DNA from: Welwitschia mirabilis | Taxonomy: Eukaryota | Direction: 5' to 3' | NCBI GenBank assembly: GCA_051453625.1 | Contig: JBOZIK010000001.1 | Coordinates: forward strand, 46,558,675 to 46,602,722 | Length of the DNA: 44,048 nt | Notes under the pieces: model-generated | Databases searched by the model: none | Told to the model about the DNA's origin: nothing | What the model saw: the letters and a program-made list of their open reading frames with translations, nothing else | Made by a program: the position numbers and the translations under genes | In this document: positions 1 through 11,049 of the stretch, piece after piece | Numbering within the stretch: the stretch's first letter is position 1 | Layout: the number at the start of each line of letters is the position of its first letter

Positions 1-765
1 TCTCCATTTTCCCTTGATCTTTCGGGTTGTCTTTTCTTCCTTTCTGGACAATCTCTTTTGAAGTGTCCTTCCTTATGGCATAGGAAACACTTCCTACTAC
101 CTCTTGATTTTGATCTCGAGTCTTTCTTGAACTTGAAGTCTCTCTTCTCAGGTCTCCCTCTCACATTTAGCCCTTCTGCCATGTGATCCTCTTTCCCTTC
201 AGACTTCTTCTTCAGCTCTTTTGAGATTAGAGCTGCCTGCACTTCTTCAAGAGTCAAAGTATCTATACCATAAAGAAGTGTATCTGAGAGGTTATCAAAT
301 TCCTTTGGAAGTGATCTTAGCAGTAACAACGCCTGATCTTCATTGTGAATCTTAATCTCAATATTTTCAAGATCCAAGATTACTTTGTTAAAGTCATCGA
401 GATGATCTTCAACCGTTTTCCCAGGCACCATCTTGAATGTGTACAATTTTTGCTTCCAGTATAATCTGTTTGCCAACGACTTGGTCATGTACAGATGCTC
501 CAACTTGAGCCAAATTGCAACAGCAAAAGTTTCCTTCGAGACTTCCCTCGAGACCTTATCACCAAGGCACAAGATGATCGTACTATGTGCCTTTTCAAGA
601 GTCTCTTTCTTCTTTTCAGTTGTCATCGTATCTGGAAGATGATTCTCTCCTTGTAGGGCTACTTCAAGACTTTGTTGAACCAGTAGCACCCTCATCTTCA
701 ATCTCCAGAGAGCGAAATCGTTCTTTCCAATAAACTTCTCGATGTCAAACTTTTGCAGACACCAT
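1..765 (-). mobile_element. Ty1/copia (Tnt1/Tork-like) gag N-terminus, running off the window; one extra base at 753 shifts the frame after codon 4
   Basis: ATG at 765-763 (MVSA), then an open frame from 752: KFDIEKFIGKNDFALWRLKMRVLLVQQ...KAHSTIILCLGDKV...LYMTKSLANRLYWKQKLYTFKM...HLDDFNKVILDLENI...LLLLRSLP... and zinc knuckle CFLCHKEGHFKRDC at 89-48. These are standard copia gag motifs. Confidence 0.95.
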
Positions 766-781
766 GATCTCCTCGTATCAA

Positions 782-794
782 GGCTCTGATACCA
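782..794 (-). other. Primer-binding site (initiator tRNA-Met) of the copia element
   Basis: Minus strand reads TGGTATCAGAGCC, 2 nt after an LTR end ...ACAACA at 797. Confidence 0.95.
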
Positions 795-796
795 GC

Positions 797-853
797 TGTT
801 GTAAAACGAACCTCTACAACCTTTGAGTACACCCAGAATTTCACCAAGAACAT

Positions 854-900
<47 letters not shown>

Positions 901-911
901 TGAGAACGCAG
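797..911 (-). mobile_element. 3' part of the copia 5' LTR; the rest is presumably in the assembly gap
   Basis: Terminal CA (TGTTGT on plus) directly upstream of the PBS; the sequence is cut by the N gap at 912. Confidence 0.8.
855..896. repeat. (CA)n microsatellite, about 21 units
   Basis: Perfect dinucleotide run visible in the sequence. Confidence 0.97.
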
Positions 912-1525
912 NNNNNNNNNNNNNNNNNNNNNNNNNNNNNNNNNNNNNNNNNNNNNNNNNNNNNNNNNNNNNNNNNNNNNNNNNNNNNNNNNNNNNNNNN
1001 NNNNNNNNNNNNNNNNNNNNNNNNNNNNNNNNNNNNNNNNNNNNNNNNNNNNNNNNNNNNNNNNNNNNNNNNNNNNNNNNNNNNNNNNNNNNNNNNNNNN
1101 NNNNNNNNNNNNNNNNNNNNNNNNNNNNNNNNNNNNNNNNNNNNNNNNNNNNNNNNNNNNNNNNNNNNNNNNNNNNNNNNNNNNNNNNNNNNNNNNNNNN
1201 NNNNNNNNNNNNNNNNNNNNNNNNNNNNNNNNNNNNNNNNNNNNNNNNNNNNNNNNNNNNNNNNNNNNNNNNNNNNNNNNNNNNNNNNNNNNNNNNNNNN
1301 NNNNNNNNNNNNNNNNNNNNNNNNNNNNNNNNNNNNNNNNNNNNNNNNNNNNNNNNNNNNNNNNNNNNNNNNNNNNNNNNNNNNNNNNNNNNNNNNNNNN
1401 NNNNNNNNNNNNNNNNNNNNNNNNNNNNNNNNNNNNNNNNNNNNNNNNNNNNNNNNNNNNNNNNNNNNNNNNNNNNNNNNNNNNNNNNNNNNCAGTGTCT
1501 TTTGAAAGGAAACCATATATAGTAC

Positions 1526-2457
1526 CAGTAAAACCTTCGCAATTGCCAGAGTGCGGAGTAACAGAATTGCTGCAGCTGACAGTTCGTCAAACACGAAAAC
1601 GGTATTTCTGCTTTACCGAACTACAGAAATCATGAAATACGGCTGAGAAGAGAGCACAACTGAAATAAGCGAATAAGGGAACATGACTTGTCAATTTAAC
1701 ACGCAAGCGTATGCAGCATGAACTTAAGTAACTGAAGCGTCAAGAGACAATAATGTTCCTCCAAAATAACCAAAGGAGAGAGAATGATAAACATAATTCT
1801 TACTGACATACTTGAAGAGAAAATTCCTGTAAGAAACTGTCAAAAATTTTAAGTACTTCTAGCCTAATACAGAATTTAAGAAGGATCACACGGAAAGCTT
1901 TCAAAAACGCTTGTCATTTTTTTCCCAACAAAGAATGAAAGTAACAATGGAAAATGTTAAAAGACGATCGAATGAACAAGGATGCAGATAAGAACAAAAT
2001 TCAAAGTTAATGACAGTGGAACGATCATGTTAAACATATATGAAGAAAAATAAAAAAATAAAAAAAAATCTTTCAAACAGACTTGTCGACTTTATAGAGA
2101 GACAGAGAAAGCAAACCTTCAAAATAGTAGAAAACGCGCGAGCTGAACAACACCGACGCGGATGCGAACGAAATTCATAGTGAAACAGATATGAGTGACC
2201 ATGGCAAACGAGCTAGGATTCAAATTATCGAATCCGCAAAGCTAATGCGAACGGAACGAAAACATTGAAAGTGCAAGAAGATCGAAAACAAAAATATTGA
2301 GAAATACCTGCACTGCGAAAAAGACGCTATTAGAAGAATCTTGTCTCTTTCTCGTTCCTTGAGGATCAACGAAGAAGGGCAAGAATACGAACAACCTTGA
2401 AAAGCAAGCGTTCGGAATGTCTTGTGCAACGAGGAGAAACGAGAACACCTGGACCAT
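1526..2457 (-). other. Candidate spliced 5' segment of an unidentified minus-strand gene (small exons)
   Basis: Donors CAG|GTGTTC (2448), CAG|GTATTT (2307), CAA|GTATGT (1811), CTG|GTACTA (1525); acceptor TTTCTTACAG| before 1826. The intervening DNA is T-rich on the minus strand, as in plant introns. No protein family recognised. Confidence 0.35.
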
Positions 2458-3648
2458 GCGTCCGTTGCGGAATTCTAAAGCACGAAAATGGCAGCACGGG
2501 GATCTCAACGGATTTTTTCCCGAGCAACAATAATACGTCCACATGTGAGACCAATATCACCCTTTAAAAGGAAAAGCGCACCGTCTCTCCCTTTTAAAAA
2601 TATGCCGCACGCACACCCCTCTCCAGGCTCTCATCCCTTCCTATGTCTTCAAGTAATTCTCTTGGCCCCTGCCTAGTCCCCAATTACGGGGATTATTTCT
2701 TTCTACACTAGCGAAGTTGACTTGTCTTCCCCTATATCTGCCCATGATGCGCTGCCGGCTGCTACAGTGCGATCGTGAGGAAGACGCTCCTTTGGCGCCG
2801 CTGCTACCGACAGCCTGTCCCCTGAGTTAGCTACCTGCCCTGCCGTCTACGGATCGAATGGACGGTCAAGTCTTCGTCCAGCAAAATGACGCAAATCCGT
2901 AAACCGCTCAGTTTCGCAGTAGATTTTGACGGCCAAACCATCGATATTTTTTGCTCCGACAAACGCACTAAAGCCAAGGGCATTCGTAGAACCCAATGTA
3001 TGTGAATGGAGTTCGAGGATATCAACGTTCAACATTAGGCGACCATTTGTCGCGATTTACGGCAGCAGAGAGCTTGTTTTTGTTTTTGTGGGGAAATACA
3101 TCTTAAAACGGACGTGGAACGCTGGCAGAGTAGCAAAGCGCAACGTGCAATGACCAAGCAGGCTCATGACCAGCACTGCGTGGCATGTGAGCTCTCTCTT
3201 TCGGTCTTCGATTCCGCCAGGGTCCGGCTGTGGGCCTGCGATGTGGAGTCCACGGAGGCGCGCTTCGTTGTCAAAGGAGGGCGGCTTTGCTGAAACGGCA
3301 TCGATGTTACGGAGTAAGCTGGAAAGCGTATAACGACTTGCCGCTTTGAGTAAGGCCACGGAATCGAATGATCATTGTTGTTTACTTGTTATTTGTCTCG
3401 GGGGTTCTACAGGTGGGGCGGAAGAAAAGGTAAAAGCTTCTTCCCTGAACTTCCATGCACATGTCTACTTTATTCTTGGAATATGTCGCATGGCACAAAT
3501 GTCCAGTGACGTAACATTACCTTCGTGATTTAATAAATACGTTTTGTGGGAGATTACGCAGAACGCAGAGAGTAAAATATCCGTTGCCTCTTTTGTTTAT
3601 GGAGGTGCGTACAAAAGGTACGATGCGGAACCTCAGTGATCACTACGC

Positions 3649-3660
3649 CGCCACGTGGCG
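3649..3660. promoter_or_regulatory. Perfect palindromic G-box CGCCACGTGGCG
   Basis: 12-bp palindrome containing GCCACGTGGC, the high-affinity plant bZIP G-box. Further cores: CACGTG 3789-3794, TACGTGG near 3990, TGACGT near 3508, GACGTGG near 3111. Confidence 0.55.
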
Positions 3661-4119
3661 CTTTCTTTGCATCATGGATGGATGACGATGGATTGAACTT
3701 TAGACATGTATGATGAAGAAATCATTTAGCGATGAAAATGCGACGCCAAGTCAGCAGAGCTTATCCCCGTCCTTGTCTTTTCGTGCGTCACGTGCTCGTC
3801 AATCCTCATGATGGGGGAGGAGTGCTGTGGAGGCGTAGAGCGGATGCGACGCAAAGCACCGACCACCGCTATTACCGAATAAAAATATAAAATAGCTTGA
3901 GATGCGCTTCCTTCGTCGGTATTCAATTGTTTTCACTGGAGCTGCATGCAAAGCGGTTGTCTTCACGTAATTTTTTAGCCCGTTGCCTTTACGTGGGTTT
4001 TTTATCTTTCAAACTATCAAATCTATCGTACTTAACGACGCATCACAAAAGAAAAGCAGTTTCTTGATTTAAAAATGTAAAGAGGTAGCTTTTTTGTTTT
4101 GTTTTTAGCTGTGTGTGTG

Positions 4120-4520
4120 ATTTCTTTGTGGTTCCACGAGGAATTCAGAGGTTGCATAGGCAAAGCCAGCCAATCCCATATAATCCTTGTCATAGCAGGC
4201 ATATAGTAGGCATAGACGTAGTCCCCTAGGATGCAACCAGTCCTTCCGTGCAATGTTGATTTCCTTGTGGTTGTCCATAAAGAATTAAGGGGGTGTGTAG
4301 GCAAAGCCAACAAAATCCCATATAAGCCTCGTCATGGTGGGCATGGACATAGGCCCCCAGGATGCGACTACTGTTTTCGTGCGATGCTAATTTCTTTGTG
4401 GTTATCCATAAGGAATTGAAGGGGTGTATAGGCAAAGACAACCAAATCCCATATAATTCTCGTCGTGGTGGGCACGGACATAGCCGCTGAGGATGTGACC
4501 ATTGCTTTCCTGCAATGCTA
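4120..4520. repeat. Three diverged tandem copies of a ~131-139 bp unit
   Basis: Copies start at 4120, 4259 and 4390 (ATTTCYTTGTGGTT) and share TAGGCAAAG, AATCCCATATAA, AGGATG and TGCRATG blocks. Confidence 0.92.
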
Positions 4521-5459
4521 GGATTCCCTACTCATCAAAAAGGTAATACATACTGTAAAGCAATATGTCTCTTTTCTATGCATAAGCTCTCTTAAACTTT
4601 AACTACTAATTCTTACTTTATCTTTCTTATGTTCCACTTTAATAACTTGGATGACGTTNNNNNNNNNNCACATAATATTTCAACATGTATATGACTAATG
4701 ATAAAAATGATGATTGTATATTAAATTATGAAGACATGATGCTACAACCTACTAATGGTGAGCATTTCATTTATAAAAATGAGATAAAAGAATAGAAATA
4801 AATCACAATATAAACCCAAAATAAGATAAAACTAGCTTATTATTATTAAAATTTGCCAAGAGATGTACATAATATAATCTAATATCCCAACTTTTACATG
4901 TTATAATTTTTTAATCNNNNNNNNNNTTTTTCCTAACAAGTACTAGTTTAATTTAATAATTGTATTTGTTTTTAAGAGGTTAAGAAAAGAATTTTTAATT
5001 ATTATAATAGACTTATAAAGCCAATGGGATGGAAATCCAATTGTGGGACACTACACCGATACTTCATGATAATCATACCACTCATTGGTGTGTGGGGTTT
5101 ATGAATTCAATGACGTACTAAAGGGAGTCTATTCACTCCACAGAGAGGGGATTTTTTTTTTTGTTGTCTCGCATCTCTAATAAGTTGTGGATTTGTGGGC
5201 ATTTTGTTTTTTATTTGAATTAACNNNNNNNNNNNNNNNNNNNNNNNNNNNNNNNNNNNNNNNNNNNNNNNNNNNNNNNNNNNNNNNNNNNNNNNNNNNN
5301 NNNNNNNNNNNNNNNNNNNNNNNNNNNNNNNNNNNNNNNNNNNNNNNNNNNNNNNNNNNNNNNNNNNNNNNNNNNNNNNNNNNNNNNNNNNNNNNNNNNN
5401 NNNNNNNNNNNNNNNNNNNNNNNNNNNNNNNNNNNNNNNNNNNNNAAGCTATTTAGACT

Positions 5460-8400
5460 CAAAATCAAAATATCTAGTATACTTGCCCTTCTCTCTTAGA
5501 GGAGAAGCATAGTTATGGTATCATATGAATCCCAACCATGCTTTCAGCTCATGGGGAGTTCTTACAAATGCTTTCTTAGATAAATTTTAACCCATTAGAG
5601 TAGTGGATATTTAAGAGAACAAATCTTGAATATTAAATAAAAAGAAAATAAGAGATTTGATGAATTCATGAATAGGCACAATATATTATCAACTAAATGT
5701 CCTAATCATGGAGTCTCTACAAGGTAAAGAAATAAAGCTTTACTTAGGAGATTTCGAAGACAAACAGTAAATAAGTTGGATTTGTTATGTAGGGGAAGTA
5801 TAAAAACTAAAAATTTAAAAAAAAGCAAATGAAGCGATTACTCATTTATATAACATAGGTCACAAATGGGGTCAATAGAATGAGAAAAAGAAGAAGGTAA
5901 GTAAAGTATCAAAGTCTAAAATAAAAGGAAGTGTGTATAGCTCTAAATGTATTAGTATTACGAAAGAAGTATCTAAAAAGGTAACTTATAGTATGATAGA
6001 GAAGTTTGATCAATTAGCTATGCAACATCTAAAGAAAAAGTACCCACAAGTAAACATTGTGAAGAAGATGATCATGAAAATCAAGTATTTTTAGATACAA
6101 GAACTTTTCTAGTGGCTAGATATAAATAGGTTGGACTTGAATTTAGGAAATCAACTCAAGGAAATGAGAAAACCCATACCTTGTTAGAATAAAAAGTAGG
6201 AATGGAAATCAGAAAAATCCTTGCAAAAATATATAAACTTCAATTTGCAACAATAATATGAATATTATAGAAATTGGGAAAATAGAGATTAACAAACAAT
6301 ATGAATAAGCGTGAAGTAGAAAAGAAGGAAGAAAATATCCCTACTCAACCTTAACCAAACATAAGGAAAGCCATTCGTAAAGCTATACCTACTAGATCAA
6401 GGAAACTTATGATAATAGATTGGACTCCTAAAAGAAGAAAGAACCCAAGCAAACTACCTATAGAAGAGGAGGATAATGTAGAAAGTGAAACAATAGTAAG
6501 TAAATATTAAGAACATTTATGCTTTCTAATAAAAAGAAAACAAATTAAGCACCCTAAGTTTGAATAAGATTTAGAATACTTAGTCAAATCCTTAAAAGAC
6601 ACAACTATTTTATTACCTCTTATAAAAATGTTAAAAGATATTTCAACATATTGGAGGAAAATAAAAAGTATGTGTTTAAAACAACAGAATAAAAAGGAAG
6701 TCAAAGAAAGATAGATAGAAATGATTAAAAAAGATAATTTTTTTACCCCTCCACACAATTTCTTTAAAATAACAACATGCAAAATATAGTGACCTTGGAA
6801 ACTCCATGATAAATATAAAAATTGATAACAAATTAAACACAGAAGCTTTAGTAGATTTAGGAGCTAGTGTTAATGTTAGGGCATATGAAACCTATAAGGA
6901 ACTTGAAAAATCAAAGTTAACACACTATCGAATGAAAGTTTATTGAGCAGATGGATTAGCAGTAACACCTAAAGGAGTATTAAAAGATATACCTATTGAA
7001 TTTCAAGGATTCATCTACTTAATGGATTCACTAATAGTGAAAACCCAAAGAGATACTCATGTAGTTATATTAGGAAGGTTACAAATGGCTACCATTGATG
7101 CCAACATTTATTCTAGAAGAAGGTTAATGGAAATTAGTTTGGAATAAGTTAAGCAGAATATTAAATTATCAGATGCTATTGTTGTAGAAGAAATAGAATC
7201 AAATACTAAAGCTATAACAAATTATATTTTATCTCAAGAGGCACATATCATATTAAAGCAAACAAGTGAGGAGAAACATAAAGAAGAAATCTTAAAAACT
7301 CAAGAACTAGAAAAACCTCCACTTAAAGAAGGATTAAAATGTATAGAACCGACATCTAGTAAATCTTTAATCATAGATAGTAATTTAAGTTATTCCTGAA
7401 AAAGGAAGATTAAGAGAATATTTATTAAAGAAAAGAAGCCTCTGGTTGCAACCATATTGACATAAAAGGGATATATCTAGGGATTTGCCAACATATAATT
7501 TATCTGTACATGCAAGAAGTTATCAAATAAGAGATTACTAAGCTCTTAGATGTAGGATTTATTTATCTTATATCAGATTTACCTATCACAATTATACCTC
7601 AAAGGGATAATAAATGGAGAATTTGTATTGATTTTAGAATGGTAAATGCAACAACCTATAGAAACCACTTTAATTTACCTTTTGTAAACTAGGTTTTAGA
7701 GAGGATGCCTAGACAAATATTATAGTTTCTCAAATAGTTATAGTGGACACAGCTAAATTCCTATGCAGTAAAAGATCAAGCAAAAATGACTTTTACCTAT
7801 CACTAGGGCACTTATGCATTTAATGTATTACCATTTGATTTATGAAATGCTTCAGCCACTTTTTCGAAACTAGTGAATAGTATTTTTTAAAACATAATAA
7901 ACAGCTCAATAGAAGTATTCATGGATGACTTCTCAACCTTTGGGAGTGATTTTAATTAATTATTAAATGGGTTAGAAAATGTTGTAGGAATGTGTAAAAA
8001 GAAAAAAAATCAAAACTAAGCTAGTTTAAAAGTTACCTTATGGTCACAGAAGGAATATTCTTAGGGCATATAATCTCTCAAAAAAAAATAGAAGCTGATA
8101 AGTAAAAAAGTTAGTGTTATGAAGGGTATGCCACCCTTACTAAACTTAAATATCTTGGGATTTTCCTAAGACACAGAGAAAATTATAAAAGATTAATAGC
8201 TAATTTAAGTAAAATTTCCAAAGCTCTTAGTAACGTTTTGTAAAATAATGTTGAAAATAACTAGAATTTAAAATGTCAAAATTCTTTTTAGATCTTGAAA
8301 CATAAATTGACTAAAGCTCCTATTCCATAAGGACCTAAATAGTGAAAAGCCTTTTCACATCATGATTAATGCATCTAAGCATGCTATGAAATCTATTTTA

Positions 8401-9994
8401 GCATAACAAGATGATGAGAATAAATGATACACTATTGCTTATACTAGTAAAAATTTAAATTTAGCACCATAGAATTTTATAATGACCGAGAAAGAATTGT
8501 TAGTAATAGTAATGACATTAGAAAAATTCAAGTACTACAGTCTAGAATATGAAGTTAAAGTACATAATGATGATAGTACTATTTGATTTTTTATAAAGAA
8601 AAAAGAATCAAACTCAAGGATTATGACATAGGTATTAGTAATGTAGGAATTCAATTAAAAAGTAATCAATAAAAAATAAACAGAAAATGTAGCAGTAGTC
8701 CATCTATCGAGATTAGATTTTCCAAATGAAGATGAACAAGTAAATGTAAGGAATGACTTCCCTAATGATCATCTCCTAAAAGTTCAAACAAATCCTTGAT
8801 ATTTCAATATAGATAATTTCAAAGTTAGTAAGAAGTTACTATCTCATTGAAATACTGTGAAAGAAAGACATTGTTAAGAAAAAAATAAAAATTATATATG
8901 GCACGATAAGATTATATGTGAAAAATATAAAGATCATATCACTAGAAGTATGAAGAGGAAGGTTTACAAAAAAGATATCATTAAAGAAGCCTACAAGGAA
9001 GAAGTTGAAGGACATTATGTTGCAAAAGAACAGGAATAAAAATTCTTCATATGAGATATCACTAGCCTACAATATTTAAAGATTTCTATTTCCAAAGTTG
9101 TGATAAGTCCCAAAAGGAAGGGGTATTCTCTCAAATATTAGAAATTTCATAATAATAGATTCAAGAAATTAGACCATTTGATGTTTACGGTATAGATTTC
9201 ATTGGCTCCGTTAATCCTTCATTATATAAAAAGAAGTACATCTTGGTTTGTGGTGATTACTTTACCAAGTGGGATGAGGATGAGGCTTTATCTCATTGTT
9301 CATCACAGATCTTGCAGCACCTATAAGTCTTATTTTTTATAGGAGTAACAGCTTTACTAGCGATGTTTTTGGTAAACTTATTTCTAAGCATGGAATTTGC
9401 CATAAATTCTCTACTTCATATCATCCTTAATTGGATGGCTAAGATGAAGTAGCAAATTGAGAACTAAATACAATATTAGCTAAATTATAAATACGAAGAA
9501 GACAAATTAAGTAGAAAAACTAAAGGAAGCTTTATGGTTTTATAAAAGAACTTGGAAAAATAGCATAGGATTCACACCATATGAATTAATTTATGGCAAG
9601 AAAGCAAAACTACCAATTAAATTTAAAATAAAAACCTTTAAATGGGCTAAATAATTAAATTACAATCTAGGTAAGCATAAAAAGGAATGAATCGAAAATA
9701 TGAATATTTTAGATGAAAATAGAAGAGAAGCTCTCTTAAGAAAGGAATTAACATAGGATAAAATAAAAATATTTCATGATAGTCACATTACAAAGATCAA
9801 TTTCAAGGAAGGAGGTTTAATAATAGCATATGATCCTAAAAAGATTCATTTTGAACAAACATATGAACAGAATTGGCTTAGGCCTTATAAAATAGCAAAG
9901 AATGTGAGAAATAAAGCCAGAATAATATATGACATTGATTGAAAATATAACTTATCAAGTTAATGGACAAAGAATAAAGGTTTATAGTGATTAA
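5460..9994 (+). mobile_element. Decayed Ty3/gypsy (Athila-like) gag-pol: protease, RT, RNase H, integrase
   Basis: EALVDLGASVNV (6842-6877), WRICIDFR (7615), EVFMDDF (7912-7932), TEKELL (~8485), GIDFIG (9189), DYFTKW (9255-9272), YHP* (9419), GFTPYELIYGK (~9568), VNGQRIKVY (9959). Domain order is gypsy; many stops and frameshifts. The left boundary is set by the gap. Confidence 0.93.
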
Positions 9995-11049
9995 AAATAT
10001 TCACTAGAATACTTAGGAAATCCTTATAGAGTGAATAGGATCCTCCCACTTCATCTATCAAAATAAATTAAGACATAGGACAAGAAGTGATGCCAATTGT
10101 CTAAAATTAGATCCATCTATTAACTTTTTAAATTGCTAACGATGAAATTCGGATTTTTGGGAAAATGAGAAGTCAACCTAGTAAGACTTTAACAAAAGGT
10201 TCAATATTGCATTACCAATTAATCCCTTGGAAAGCATTCCATCGATATTATTATATAATTATATTACATGTATTTAAAAAAAGAAAAAATAATTAGAATG
10301 TTCACTGAAAGTGCACTAGGGCATATACTCCTAAGAGGGGCATTTGACAATGTAATATGATAGCTGTGAGAACTTTACTAAGGAATCAGTTGACCGTGAT
10401 CTTGAGATAATCTTGTATGTCCTTACTTCTCTGATAGTGGTTGCACTCTCCTCATTATGAATAAATAAATTGAAACTTCTGATTAGAAATAATGAAAAAA
10501 TAGTAACACTCTAGAAGTCATTTGAGGCATATTTAGTTATCAAGGCTATATTAAATTATAAAGAACTAATTTTAACTAACTTAATATGTTCCAATTCAAT
10601 AATTAGGAAAAATTAAAGTAAAATGTTTATCTTAAAGATTGAAGATGGAATGTGGATCAATGGTCGTACCTTAAGAATATGTGCATAACAATTAAATTTC
10701 TATTAAAGAAAAAAGCTGAGATTCTTATTTTTCAAGTATTTTGAATGATTCCAAAGTAGTTTGTTAAGTTAACATAAGGGATTTACTTTAAATAACTAAC
10801 ATGATAATTTATAAATACACTCCAAATTATAAAAAACACAAAAACATAGTAACTTTATAAATTAAAAAGTGCTTTATTACAAAAAGTATCAAAGCATTAT
10901 TAATAGTAAAAAAGAGATTAATAATCATAGAAGCTTAAGGCCACAAATTGATAGGAATCTATCTCCTAAATTGATTAGTGAACTTGTTCTTCCTATTCGT
11001 CCTTCTAGCTCCTAAGGATTCAAATGAAAGTGGTATAAAATGCATTTCT

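Larger units (their letters stand above)
1493..4100. promoter_or_regulatory. CpG-retaining island, probably the promoter and 5' region of a host gene
   Basis: Many CG dinucleotides (e.g. AACGCGCG, CCGACGCGGATGCGAACG, GGAGGCGCGC) compared with near absence in 5.4-37 kb; no TE motifs found; several ACGT-core elements. Confidence 0.6.

Noticed and set aside
698..1594. Long ORFs in the track spanning the N gap (also 5187-5468 and 42734-44025)
   Set aside because: Artefacts of N runs and the CA microsatellite; no coding evidence.
1640..1662. GAGAAGAGAGCAC resembling miR156/miR529
   Set aside because: Only a partial match and no complementary arm seen nearby.
2488..3926. Short ORFs of 60-100 aa in the GC-rich island
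   Set aside because: They overlap on both strands, show no recognisable motifs, and are expected by chance at this GC content.
4120..4520. Repeat array as a possible CRISPR or coding repeat
   Set aside because: Units are over 130 bp with no unique spacers, there are no cas genes, the context is eukaryotic, and the unit length is not a multiple of three.
5049..5060. CACTACACCGAT as a CACTA terminal inverted repeat
   Set aside because: No matching opposite terminus or subterminal repeats found.
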